A program made the position numbers and the translations under genes. From NCBI GenBank assembly GCA_951406725.2, contig OX597832.1:64480001-64544000 (forward strand): a DNA stretch of 64,000 bases, read 5' to 3'. The first letter of the stretch is position 1. Every line of letters starts with the position of its first letter. Under the pieces are notes generated by a model that was not told where the DNA came from, ran no database searches, and saw only the letters and a program-made list of their open reading frames with translations. Source of the DNA: Octopus vulgaris (taxonomy: Eukaryota). Shown piece by piece: positions 42,502 to 55,490 of this stretch.

Positions 42502-44446
42502 TAGTTTATCTAACTATCTATCAATTTATCTAGCTATCTATATGTGTGCGTGTGCATATGTATGTGTATGTGTGTGTGTGTAAATGTATCCATCAGCGTA
42601 TCGTATGTGATTATACACAATTTCTCAATCAAGGCTTTAGTCATCTCGAGGATATATTTTTAAAGTGAAATTCTGACAAACAACACAACCATACGTACGA
42701 CTAGATAAATCCGACCGAGAAATACCACCTATTTCGTAACCCGTGTCGGTGGTGGAAGTGGTGATGGTGATGGTGATTGGTTGGTTGGCTGATAACAAGT
42801 AAATTTGTTTCCTGTGCAAGGCTATGCCAGAGAGGGTCGCAGAGTCATTTCAACGCAAAATGCATAAAATATAAAGAAACAAAAAGTAGCCAGTCACACA
42901 AATGATGTCGAAATGCCGTTTTGGGTGGTTTGTTGAATTCACTGGGAGCTTGATTCGCTGTGTTTCGTTACACATGAAGTCTATAGAAAGAATTATTTCT
43001 CCGTGACTAAATCCTACAGCGAATGCCTTTCACGTTCTGCTGTGTAGGAATGTTACAAATAAATGTACACATCTGTTGAGCGACCGTCGCTACTTATACT
43101 TAACAGTAACTATGTTTTACGTGTGACGGAACAGCGCCATGTTTGTAGAAGATGAGTTTCAGCCGTTTATTAAATCTTGGAATGATGGAATCAAAGTCAG
43201 TTTCAATATGAATTTCGGACAACATGGTTTAAAAACAAAAAAGACAAATATACTAGTCAAATAGTCTAACTGTTTATGTATAATACGTTGCTATCGTAAT
43301 ACAAATACTTACAAACGTCCGTATTTGTATAAAGTCTAATATGATACTCCGAAAACAACATTTGTTTCCAGAGGCGTATGCTGGTTGTTTTTACAAGATA
43401 TGATGTTACCATATTGAAACTACTAATCTGACAAACGAATTACTCAAATATAAACATAAGGCCGTTACATTATTTCTATACATACGGCGATTTCAGCTTC
43501 ACTTAGTTATTGGTTTTGAGCGTATGTGTAGTATTAGAATCGAAAATAAATTACGACCAGGTTATGGAATGATACATCAAGAAGAGAAATATTATTATAA
43601 TGGAAATTTACTATCTTTCGGTGTCTATGCAGCTCTCACCTCGCACCAAACCAACACTGTACCCACAAAACTGTTTCCTATATTAAATTAAGAAACCACA
43701 AACGGCGTATGCATTCGAAGAAGTATGTGTTTGTGAGCGAACGAGAGAGAGAGAGAGAGAGATGGGGGGTGGAGAGGGGGAAGAACGTTTGGTTATGTTA
43801 GTAGTGTAATTAATCGCATTATTTAATTAATTACAGAAAGTGGTGGTTGAGTGGAAAAGTCGGTAGGGGTTTTGGAAAAATGCCTTTGGGTATAGAAATA
43901 CGAATATGTACGCTCTGAGTTCATATCCCACTGTGTTCTTCCTTGCCGTTTCATACTTCCGTGGTTCAATATAATAAAGTAACAGTAATGACCTGGGGTA
44001 AAATTAATCCACTGATATACCGCCCCCGCCCGCCAGCCACACTCCTTTGCGACGTGTTGCTTATGTTTGAAATCCATATTTAGCAGTGTACCTTTTAGCT
44101 CTGAGTTCTAGCCTCATCCAAGTCAGTTTCGCATTTCCTGTTTCTGCCGATCATTAATTTAAGTACACACATGATCAACGGGAAGAATCGTTAGCGCGTC
44201 GAACAAAATTTTTTGCAGCAATTTTATTGACTCATTACATTCTAAGTCATATTTAAGCCTAGTTCGAATTTGCCGTTGTTTCTTTACGGTGTCGGTAAAA
44301 CAAGTACCTGCTGAGCAAAGTTGCTGGCCTTGTCCTGAATTTAGACATAGTTGATTTAAGTACCAGTGAACTTTCTGGTACGGAAATAACTAGTTTCAGG
44401 CAATCCGAAGGCTATATATATATATATATATTTATATATACATACA

Positions 44447-44850
44447 TTTATTCTTTTATTTTTTAATTTCTTTCAGTCATTTGACTGCGGATATGCTGGA
44501 GTACCGCTTTAGTCGAACAAATTGACCTTACCACTTACTCTTTGTAAACCTAGCACTTATTCTATCGGTCTCTATTACCGAACCGCTAAGTTACGGGGCT
44601 GTAGTATATAGACCAATATCGGTTGTCAAGCGATCGTGGGGGACAAACACGGACACAGAAACACACATACACACACACTTATATATATATATATATATAC
44701 GAAAGACTTCTTTCAGTTTCCGCCTACGAAATCCACTCACAATGCTTTGCTCGGTCCGAGGCTATAGCGGTGGACACTTGCTCAAGGTGCCACGCAGTGG
44801 GACTGAACTCAGAAGCATGAGGCTGGTGAGCAACCTACATAACACAGCCA
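44447..44850 (-). mobile_element. SINE family A
   Basis: Both conserved halves with an internal (AC)/(AT) tract. Confidence 0.9.
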
Positions 44851-44873
44851 CAAAGTTAGATAGATAGATAGAG

Positions 44874-44912
<39 letters not shown>

Positions 44913-44987
44913 AAGAGAGACAGATAGAGAGACAGATAGACAGGAACGGAGAGGTAGAAAGAAAGCGAGAGAGAAAGAGAGAGAGGT

Positions 44988-45257
44988 AAGGACATGGGCA
45001 CTGGCGTGTTACTCCTTTGTTCCATCATGTTACATGGGCACTGGCGTGTTACTCCTTTGTTCCAAATATGACGTCACACTTTTGGGGAAATCAGTAGATA
45101 CACGTCGCAGGGCCAATTGGGTAAGCAAAGAAGCCATCAGACACTTGATGAGGTGCATTTCCTGGTTGCATCAATAGAGTGAGGCCATGTGCAGCTGAAT
45201 AATGAAATTGATGGAACATGTGAAATAAAGGAATATCAAGACCATGCCCGTGTCCTT
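44988..45257. mobile_element. Candidate MITE with 13-bp TIRs and an internal tandem duplication
   Basis: aaggacatgggca / tgcccgtgtcctt (1 mismatch); 'acatgggcactggcgtgttactcctttgttcca' occurs twice. Confidence 0.4.
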
Positions 45258-45817
45258 TTCTCTTGTTATGGCTGTGCTCTTTGTATTAGGCCACTGCCCA
45301 ACTTCACATGCAGACGAGAATTGCAGACACAAGACAGGTTATAAAATAACTTTCCTAGACACGTGTCTCCACTGCATGTAACTGATATTAGCCCGTATCT
45401 TTATAATATGCATATATATTCTCAGAGATGGATATATGCAAAACATATTCAAACACATACGAATAAGTGTGTATTGGTTTGTATATGTGTGTATGTATGT
45501 CAATGTATATATAAATACATATGTGTGTGTATGTGTGTGAGGTTGTGAGTGTGTGTAAAAGAAGATCTATTTTTGTGTAATAAAGTATTTATGCACCAGA
45601 TACACGAAACATTAAACTAAATCTCACACACATAAATCACTAACAGAAACATGTAGCTGGATGTAGATATATATATACGTGTGTATCTGTGTGTGTGTGT
45701 GCCTGTGTGTTAGTAAATATACGTACTTATATTTATATAAATACACACACACATACACACATATATATATATATATGTGTATGAATATATAGGTCTGTAT
45801 GTATATGTTTGTATCTG

Positions 45818-45899
<82 letters not shown>

Positions 45900-46306
45900 T
45901 GTGTGTATGTGTGTGAGAATGTTTATTTCCCTCGCACCTAGACGGTTACACATTTACACCTAAACCACTAAATAAATCTATGAATTTCAAATATTCTGAA
46001 CGTATCTAACATTGGGAATTGTAATTTACAAGCTTAATTTAACCAAGTGAGAATTTCTCCAAATATGGCGATGAACATATGCAAAACATATTCCAGCACA
46101 CACGTATTCGTGTATATTGGTATAGATATGTGTATGTGCGTAATACTTACATACATACATACATACATATGTGTGTGTGTGTGTGTCTGTGTGTGTGTGT
46201 GCATACATACATTCATATATATGTTTAGTGATGTAAATGATTATATGTATGTGTACTTACACAGACACACATATATAAAAGTGTTTGTGTCAATATGTAA
46301 AAGTGC

Positions 46307-46405
<99 letters not shown>

Positions 46406-47481
46406 CAAGATTACAGCAAGCTTAATACGTAAATGTGAAAAATGTATATTTATTGGCACAAAATACTTGTTAGTCATCAAACATTCACAAACACACATAT
46501 ACGCACACATCACACACACACACACACATCACACTTACACACACATATGTGACACATTAATCAGGCTTATGCATCCTTGCACACACATATCTACAAATAT
46601 CCTGAAGGTAGACAATGAAAATATATGTCAACGTTCAGAAACATTTAACCTTGTTTTGTCTAACACACAGACGCAAGGTTAGGAATTAAACACATACACA
46701 AGTGCGCGCGTGACAGTGAGTTTGCCGAGTGGTTATGGTTATAGACAGTATGTCTTCAGCAGTCGCTCCGGCTGTGAAGGTGTGTGGTTTTGTGGGTAGC
46801 ATGTTGTACTAACGATCTTCCAATTCCTGCACCAAGCGTTGTGTTTCTTTGGAAAGCACTTTAATTCGGCGATGTTCGATGGTCCAAGCCATTCAATCGT
46901 GAAGGGCTTTCCAACAACAGATGGGAAGTCAACGGCGCGACGGATTGGCGACACATTCAGAAAGAGATGTAATCTCAGTCACCTACATGCCCTGAAGATG
47001 GGTTAAACACCATCTTTACAACTCTCATAGCTCAAGACAAAGCTGTTCTGGATATCAATTTTCAGATCCGGTTGAGGTCATGTTCTCTTTTCGTTCTTCC
47101 TTTGTCGATAAAGTAAGAGTCCAGCAGTTGTGCTCGATCTTTTTCTATCTGTAAACGTGAGAGGCTACCGAGGTCACACATTGCTCTAAACCTGCTGTAT
47201 ATCACCGCAGCACTGCAACGTCTCGACGAAGATTCCTGTACCTGAGAATGCAACTAGCAATTTATGGATGTGAGAGGATGGTCATATATATATATTCTTT
47301 TACTCATTTATTTGTTTCAGTCCTTTTGACTGTGACCATGCTAGAGCATCACACTTCATATTCCATGTTCTCGTACCTCGTATTTTCTGTTGTTTATGTT
47401 TTATAATGTCCTGTGTCCACATATATGCATATATATATACAGGCACACACACACAAATATATGTAAGTATATATGTATATA

Positions 47482-47512
<31 letters not shown>

Positions 47513-48129
47513 TACAAAAAATGGGACAAGAACGCAAACCATCCAGACATGCACACACAAAAAATCACACGCACATACATACACACACATGTACACACGC
47601 ACATACACTCACATACATATATACACGCGCACACACATACACACACGTACGCAAAAATGAACTCACACATACCTCCCATACACACACAATACACACTCAT
47701 ACATACATGCACTTAATTATACATGCATGGACACACACACACGTACATACAAGCCCACTCACGCACGCACACAGAGAATAACTTTCATTTACTCCACAGA
47801 CACAAACCCCCCCACAACCTCACGGATACATACATACCCACATGTACACACATACACACACTGCACTCAAAACACACGCACACAGAAACTACCAGTTAAA
47901 CACCTTTCTACTGCCCATTCTTCTACGCACATGTGTAGGTAGACACACAACAGAAAGCCACACCTACCAAAATTCTTTCTATAAATTCTTCCAACGACCA
48001 TAAGCGACACTAGTCTCAACGCACACATACATAAACAGCCACAACCACACATACACACAAACGCATATACACGTGCTATCATTGCACACACACACACACG
48101 CACGCACGCACGCACATATACACACACAT

Positions 48130-48172
<43 letters not shown>

Positions 48173-48304
48173 TACACAGACCTGCGCGCATGCACATACC
48201 CAAACATACACACACATACCTCCTTCTCTTACACTCTACTGTCTCAGAAAGAACTTTTTCTTCACCCATTCCCTTCCAGTCATTTCAATAAGTGACCATA
48301 TGTG

Positions 48305-48460
48305 TATCGTTGGCAATTTTCTTTCTCCGTCTTCCCTTGTTTGAACATTCTCTATATTTCTCATGAAGAGCTCCGCTCGAAACGTGAAATCCTCTTTCTT
48401 TTCTTGCTTTTCCTGAGCGTATTTGTTCTACGTCCTCGCGTTGTTTTTTTCTAGCTTCAA
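48305..48460 (+). mobile_element. Decayed copy of the ~175-bp HHR mini-element
   Basis: ttt-CTCATGA-a-gagc(tcc)gctc-GAAAC-GTG-aaa, plus 'ttcctgagcgt' and 'acgtcctcgcgttgtt' shared with 51875-52049. Confidence 0.75.
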
Positions 48461-48539
48461 TCATGTAATAATATTAATAATATATATATATATGCATATA
48501 TACATACGTATATGTACATACATCTATACGTATATATAT

Positions 48540-48692
48540 CTGTCCGTGTTTATTGTATCGTCTTCTAAGAGTTATACGTTCTTGTCCATGTTGTATTTTT
48601 CTACATACCTTAACATATATTCCAGGCGCCACGTACCCTCTTAACATTAATGTGAGCACATATTCTTAATAACTGGTACGACTCTTTTTTTG

Positions 48693-48724
<32 letters not shown>

Positions 48725-48918
48725 TTGATCCGTCCCCTTCTCTCTCTACTCATCCTCTTTTTCTCTTCTCTTTCCTCTGATTCTTTGGTCTAATCTTCCA
48801 CTACCCTCCTAATTCTTTGTCTCGCTCTGCACTCACAGGTCAATCTTCGACACCCATCCCTTCTCCTCTCTGATTCCTTCTTTCTCTCTCTTCTCTCTCT
48901 TTGTTGCGTTTGTCCCTC

Positions 48919-48949
<31 letters not shown>

Positions 48950-49482
48950 TCTGCTGCTTCTCTTTCTTTTCTTTTCTCTCTCCTCTGTCACGTGACTGCT
49001 GGCCGAAATCTGCCTTTCAGCTTCTGACCAGCGTCGTGTTAACATCGTTGTTTTTCGTCCGCCGCTATAGGCATCGCCGATAAGGCTCCTTTCCTTGCGC
49101 CAGAGAAAAAATTTGTTTGCTTGTTATCAGTCGTAAGACACTTGTTGTTTTCACCGTTAATGCTTCTGTATTTCATGTTTCTGTATTCCATTATTATTTT
49201 GTTTTTTTATATTCGTCCCTTTTGCTGTCCTGGTGTCCGTATGCATTCGATCCTTCTTCCAGGAAATCTACGCTCCCAGCTTAGTTTTTCTAATGCTCGT
49301 TGCTTAGTTTTTCTTGGAGGGCTGGCCGTGATCTAGTAATCTCAAGATTAATCAGCCGAAATTACTACGATGATCCGGTTCTTGACTGAAGACTGAGGGT
49401 TTCGAATGTCCTGTCCGTGTTTATTGTATCGTCTTCTAAGAGTTATACGTTCTTGTCCATGTTGTATTTTCTACATACCTTA

Positions 49483-49485
<3 letters not shown>
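48540..49485. mobile_element. LTR-like element with ~75-bp terminal direct repeats (period 871 bp)
   Basis: 48540-48615 matches 49411-49485 except for one T in a T-run; TA arrays lie outside. Confidence 0.7.
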
Positions 49486-49553
<68 letters not shown>

Positions 49554-49599
49554 AACGTATAGATGTAAGTATGTAATAGATGTATGTATATACAAATAT

Positions 49600-51821
49600 A
49601 TAAAACTTAGATAAAACTTAGATATGTTTCGACCAGAGATTGGTCCAGGCCATGTCTAACTTAATAGCACCACCTGATAGGATTATTCGAATCCTGTTTA
49701 AGTCAAGTTTTGTTCAAGTAGTGAGTTCTTGCTGGGTGAGTTGTATCCAATTATGGGTGGCTTATCTGGTATTCTTTGAAGGAATCTATCTAGACTCTGT
49801 TTGAAGTTGATGGGATCCTTTTCCTCTTTGATCTCCCTCGGGACAATGTTAAATAGGGCAGGGCCTGTTGAGGAAAAGAAATTATGTTGCAGTGTACATG
49901 TATGTTGTGATCTTGAATTTGGCAGGGGACGTATAGCCCGTGGTCCAAGTCTCGGATGAACCTTGAAGCTAATGTTTAGGTCGTTTGGGCAAAGTTGGCG
50001 GTATATTTTCCACATCGTACAAATGATGTACCGCTCACGGCGACGCTGGAGGGAGTAAAGTTTCAAGGCTTTAAGGCGATCCCAATAATCGAGAGCAGCC
50101 ATGCCTTCAATTTGTTTAGTGAGAGCCCTCTGGGGTGACTCAATTCTGGAGATGTTTTGTCTTGTGTGAAGAGACCACAGTGGGCAGCAGTATTCAAGGT
50201 GTGGCCGTACAAAGGATGAAAAACGTGGTATGATGACACCTTGTTCTCTGGACCGGAAAGTTCTTAAGATCCAGGAACTCATCCTACGAGCTGTATCGAC
50301 CTTCTTGTTGATGTGTGCACTCCAACTGAGATCGTCATCAACAATTACACCCAGGTCTCTGATATTGTTAGAGGCTGTGAGCGGTTCCCCTGAAGGAAGA
50401 GAGTATGGTTGTTTTAGTGAGGAATTTCTTCCAAAATGCATCAGCTCAAATTTTCCCTCATTCAGTTGCATTTTGTTTCTGTCTGCCCATTGACTCACAG
50501 CATATAGGTCAGACTGGAGTTGAGTTCGGTCTGCTTCTTCATTGACGATTTGCTGGAGCTTAGTGTCATCAGCGAATATTTTCACTTTGCAGTGATGTAC
50601 GACACTGGAAAGGTCGTTTACATAAATTATGAAGAGTAGCGGACCCAAAACAGTTCCCTGGGGAACACCGCTGGTGACTTTTGCTGGGTTTGAGTGGACT
50701 CCATCAACTACAACATGTGTTCTATTCGCTAGGAAATACTGAATCCAGTGTAGAACTTTTCCACGGATTCCAACATTTGCCAATTTTGAGAGTAGGATGT
50801 TATGGTCTACCCTGTCGAACGCTTTACTGAAGTCAAGGTATATGACGTCAGAGTTCGAACCTGTTCCCAAGGCTTTGAGTACATCTTCAATGTGGTGTAA
50901 GAGCTGTGTTAGACAGTCCCTGCCACAGCGAAAGCCATGCTGATTTGAATTTAGGAGTTTGTGGGTCTCCAGGAAGTCAGCTATCCTTGATCTTAACACT
51001 CTTTCAAACACTTTAATGATGTGGGAGGTGAGTGAGATTGGGCGATAGTTGACTGCGAGGGATCTGTTTCCCTGTTTGAAAACCGGGATGACCGACTGGG
51101 ATAGAAACTTTTTCGGTATATAACCTGCGTCTAACGAGTTTCTCCAGAGGTTGGTCAGAGGGACTGCAAGTTGATGTCTACATTCCTTCAGGAGACTGGC
51201 GGGAAATCTATCAGGGCCTACAGCAGAGTAATGTTTGACCTCATTTATTGCTGCTACGATGTCGGTGGCAGTGAAGGTTATGTCTGCGATTTTGTGTTGG
51301 GAGTCAGCTTCGTTCGTTTCCCTCACATCAATATCAGTGGGAACACTGAAGACAGAGCAATATTGTTTCTGTAGTATTTCTGCCATTTCTTTAGCATCGT
51401 GTTGGGGAATGCCGTTTTCATCAATCAATGGCCCAATAGGTGAGACAGTGGTTCTATGCTTATTTGCATAAGAATAGAACACTTTTGGGTTCTGTTTGAT
51501 GTTTTTGATTACCCATTGTTCCTCCACAGCTCTTTGATTTTCAATGGAGGTTTTCATGTTAGTCTGCAGATGAAGTTTTTCCAGCTCTAGTCTTTTCATT
51601 GTTGTTGAATGTGGATGTTGCGTGTGGGAATATTTTAATTGGTTGATTTTTTTGTTGAGTCTTTTGATGCGCCTGATGAGTGTATTTTTTCTTTTTAGGG
51701 AGCCGATTTCTGTTTGCGTTAGTAGATTTCTTGGGAGCGTGTTTAGAGCATGTGTCGGTGACAATGGTTTCAAAGTGCTGCCACGCGGTCTCAATATGAG
51801 GGGAACTGAGAGTAAAAGACC
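49600..51821 (-). mobile_element. 5'-truncated CR1/L2-group LINE between TA arrays
   Basis: RT ORF plus a short 3' UTR ending in a (tctaagtttta)x2 tail. Confidence 0.9.
49698..51821 (-). CDS. Reverse transcriptase of a CR1/L2-group LINE (ORF2 lacking the endonuclease)
   Basis: NYRPISLTS, QHGFR, YLDFSKAFDRVDH, SGVPQGTVLGPLLF, FADDTK, RDLGV, RPHLEYC and SLQRRRER in one stop-free frame. Confidence 0.88.
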   Translation of the reverse strand, partial: GLLLSVPLILRPRGSTLKPLSPTHALNTLPRNLLTQTEIGSLKRKNTLIRRIKRLNKKINQLKYSHTQHPHSTTMKRLELEKLHLQTNMKTSIENQRAVEEQWVIKNIKQNPKVFYSYANKHRTTVSPIGPLIDENGIPQHDAKEMAEILQKQYCSVFSVPTDIDVRETNEADSQHKIADITFTATDIVAAINEVKHYSAVGPDRFPASLLKECRHQLAVPLTNLWRNSLDAGYIPKKFLSQSVIPVFKQGNRSLAVNYRPISLTSHIIKVFERVLRSRIADFLETHKLLNSNQHGFRCGRDCLTQLLHHIEDVLKALGTGSNSDVIYLDFSKAFDRVDHNILLSKLANVGIRGKVLHWIQYFLANRTHVVVDGVHSNPAKVTSGVPQGTVLGPLLFIIYVNDLSSVVHHCKVKIFADDTKLQQIVNEEADRTQLQSDLYAVSQWADRNKMQLNEGKFELMHFGRNSSLKQPYSLPSGEPLTASNNIRDLGVIVDDDLSWSAHINKKVDTARRMSSWILRTFRSREQGVIIPRFSSFVRPHLEYCCPLWSLHTRQNISRIESPQRALTKQIEGMAALDYWDRLKALKLYSLQRRRERYIICTMWKIYRQLCPNDLNISFKVHPRLGPRAIRPLPNSRSQHTCTLQHNFFSSTGPALFNIVPREIKEEKDPINFKQSLDRFLQRIPDKPPIIGYNSPSKNSLLEQNLT

Positions 51822-51874
51822 ATATATATATATATATATATATATATAAAGACCATATAAATATATATATATAT

Positions 51875-52049
51875 TATTGGGTTGGCGATTTTTTCCTCCG
51901 TCTTCCCTTCCTTGGATCTTTCCTTTTCCTATGTTTCTGACGAAGAGCTCCGCTCGAAACGTTAAACCCTCCTTCTTTCCTTCTTTCCTGAGCGTCCAAT
52001 AATACCATACTTGTTCCACGTCCTCGCGTTGTTGTGTGTTCTCTTTGTG
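51875..52049 (+). mobile_element. ~175-bp HHR-bearing mini-element in a TA array
   Basis: Flanked on both sides by (TA)n; contains an intact hammerhead motif; relatives at 48305 and 25261. Confidence 0.75.
51933..51967 (+). ncRNA. Intact minimal type-I hammerhead ribozyme
   Basis: gttt-CTGACGA-a-gagc(tcc)gctc-GAAAC-GTT-aaac: stem I gttt/aaac, stem II gagc/gctc, palindromic AACGTT stem III. Confidence 0.78.
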
Positions 52050-52064
52050 TTTTCATGTTTGGAT

Positions 52065-52153
<89 letters not shown>

Positions 52154-52195
52154 ATGTATATATGCATATATATATATATTATTTATATTATTATA

Positions 52196-52330
52196 TGATT
52201 GAACGCCACGCTTCCTCTTCCAAGTAAGATTTATCTTAATAATTCTGATGTACACTCTATTCTCTCCTTTTACTCTTTCGTTTTTTTTCTCTCTTCCTCT
52301 CTCTTCTTCTTTTACCTCCTCTTATCCCAC
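52196..52330. mobile_element. Fragment of the LTR-like family (same end as 27766)
   Basis: gaacgccacgcttcctcttccaagtaagatttatctt..aattctgatgtacactct. Confidence 0.5.
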
Positions 52331-52349
52331 TATTCTATCCTATTGTTTC

Positions 52350-52475
52350 TTAACCAGATGGTTTCAGGTTCAGTCCCACTGATTAGCACATTGGGTAAAT
52401 GTCTTCTGGTATAGCCTCGGACCGACCAACTCCTTGTGAATAGATGTGATAGACGGAAACTGAAAGAAGCCTGTC

Positions 52476-52544
<69 letters not shown>

Positions 52545-52745
52545 TGTGTATATTTATGTGTGTGTTTTTGGGACTATTTGTTCACCCACAATCGCTTGAC
52601 AACCGATGTTGGTGTGTTTACGTCTCCGTAACTTCGCGGTTCGGCAAAAGGAACCGATAAAATAAATACTATGCTTGCAAAGAATAAGTCGACTGAAGGC
52701 GGTGCTCCACTATGGCCGCAGTCAGATGACTGAAACAAGTAAAAA
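52350..52745 (+). mobile_element. SINE family A
   Basis: ggttcagtcccactg...agacggaaactgaaagaagcc (TA)(TG)n ...gactgaaacaagtaaaa. Confidence 0.88.
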
Positions 52746-52867
52746 AATGATAAATATATATATATGAACAAAGATATGCATGTGTGTGTTTATATATTTC
52801 TTTTCATAAAATATTGATAAATATTTTTTTATTATTCGCTCCTACTCCCAGTTTTTCTCTCAGTCCA

Positions 52868-52899
<32 letters not shown>

Positions 52900-53310
52900 A
52901 CTCTTTCTCTCTCTCTCTCACCCGCAACCCAATAATGCGTATTCGGCGCCTTTGCATGTAGTAAATCTAATTTAATCCCTATCCCAATCGACGGTTCCTT
53001 GGCTCATTTATCTCTTGGCAATATTCTACTAGAAAAACATCAGACTTAAAGCGAAGTCATAATTCTTACTGTCTTGTGTTTGCAAGGTTAGCTGTATCTA
53101 ATATATGCATACAAGCATGCATGTATACACATCCCAACACACACACACATACACATACAAGCGGATATATACATAAGTGTGTATATCTATACCGGGGTAT
53201 ACCTGTATATATTCTTATACATGTATGTATATATCTATATGTATGCGTATATATATATAGATATATATATATATATTTGTGTATGTATGTATGCATATGT
53301 ATGAAAGTTC

Positions 53311-53376
<66 letters not shown>

Positions 53377-53699
53377 GCGTGTGCGTGCGTGTGTGTGAGT
53401 AAATATGAATACACTAATAAAATTTATATATGTCTACATTAAATAGAAACATGCACTCATTATATATATGTATATATAGTATCGTGCATAAATGTGTATG
53501 TCCATGCGATGCATGTATATATATACATACAAATAAATATATATAGCTGTATGTAATATATGCATACATCCATTCATGAATACACCACCCACGCACACAC
53601 ACACACTCACACATAACCGAATATTTATATATATATATATATATATATATAAGCGTGTATATATATTTATCTATATCTGTATATACGTATAAAGACGAG

Positions 53700-55490
53700 G
53701 AAGAAACGGATAGTTAGGTGATGATCCTACAGTAGAGAAAGCATGCAGTGAGAGAGGCATTCAACAACTATCAAAAAGCTGCCAACAACGATATCAAATA
53801 AACTTTACAAAGAAAAAGGGTCTAAAACAGGAGTACCAAGGGATTCAACGGCAGTAATTGGATGAAATGATCTCCCAGGTCGAAAATGCAGACGCAAAGT
53901 GTAAGCACTGGTCGCAAAGCTACAAATCAGGGAATCATTAAAGGAAAATTAAAGGAGGCGAGAATCAAGAAGTGGTGCACTTGTTCCTGCAACTTCCTTG
54001 TGAAGGATCCAGAAGTTGACAGTGAAACAGGAAATGAAGAATTAGCAAAGATATTCGAAGGCTTTAGGATGGAGACTTCACAAAACAAGAAATAGAAAGA
54101 GCTACAAGTAACCGGAAACAAGAAAAACAAACTGGTTCTAGAAAGATATGATTTAGACGACATCATCCTTGAAATTACAAACAAACTACTAAATGACAAT
54201 GTCAATTCAAAAGAATTCCACCACTGCCCAAAACTGGGTACCTATGTGATATTGGGAATTATAGAGGGATCAGTCTGTCATCTATTGTTACAAAAATGGT
54301 CAACAATATGAAACTTAACCGAATACAACCGAAGATAAACAAACAATTGCGACCAAATCAAAAGGAATTGAGATCAGGACGGTCAACAACATCTCACATT
54401 GTTGCTCTTAGTAGACTGATAGAAGGAGTTAAGAGCCATAACAAGAAGGCTATCATTATCTATGTAGTTTTTAGAAAGGCTTTTGATTCAGTGCATAGAG
54501 GAATGATGATGAAGATACTTAAAGCATATGATATTGCACCAAGAATTCTGAGAGCACTAAGTAAGCTGTATGAGAACACCAGAGCGAAAGTGATCACTCC
54601 TGAAGGAGAGACGGATTACTTTGAAGTCAAAGTCGGAGTATTACGCGGTGACGCGCTAGCACCTTATCTCTTCGCCATTGTTCTGGATTATGTAATGTGT
54701 AGAACGTACGAGGGCAAGGAAGAGGAACTGGGATTCAAACTGCATAGGTAAAGAAGTATAGGGTATCAAGCAGTAACAGTAACTGACCTAGATTATGCTG
54801 ATGTCCTGGTATTATGAGGTGCTGAGCAGATTAGAACAGGGGTCGAGAAAGGTAGGATTGTATTGTAACGCAAAGAAAATAGAGATTCGAGTAATCAACC
54901 ACGAAATTCGTCAGTGAAAGTGAGAGACGGTGACGCGCTGAAGGTAGTTGAAAATTTCAATTAACTTGGTGCGTGGAGACAAAGTTCCAAAAAAGACATC
55001 GTAGCAAGGAAAGCTCTTGCCTGGAGCGCATGCCATCAATTGAGTTCAAAGTTTGCAAGGAAATTGAAAGTGAGGTTGTTTCTGGCAACAGTGGAGTCTG
55101 TTCTTTTATACGGGGCTGAAACGTGGACGCTCACTAAAGCACTGAAGAAGCAGTTGAACGGTTGCTATACAAGGATGCTTAGAATGGCATTGAATGCCCC
55201 CTGGAAGAGTCACACAACAAATGCCGACTCATACCAGGGACCACCAAAAGTAACATTGAAGATACAGCATAGAAGGATGAGGCTAGCTGGACACTGCATC
55301 AGACACACTGATGAAATTGCTAACAATCTAGTGCTCTGCCAACCAGTGGAAAGAGGAAGACGACTTGTATCGACACCTTGCAAGGGGATACTGGTATTGA
55401 AGGGGTACAGGAGCTGAGGACCATTATGGATGATCAAGATGAATGGAAAAAACGTATGAAAACAGCCTTGGGGCGACCTGAGGGACGACC
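53700..55490 (+). mobile_element. Decayed RTE-group LINE (RT pseudogene)
   Basis: LRPNQ..RSGRST, FRKAFDSVHR, GVLRGDALAPYLF, TDLDYAD, VESVLLYGAETWTLT, RLAGHCIRH; many stops and frameshifts; ends at a TA run. Confidence 0.88.

Noticed and set aside
49380-49415. CTGAAGA...GAATGTC near the direct repeat
   Set aside because: GAAA is absent and no stem II forms.
51822-52019. N-terminal ~66 aa of the 773-aa ORF, as a novel RT fusion
   Set aside because: It is chance read-through across a (TA)n array and the antisense strand of the HHR mini-element; it is not part of the LINE.
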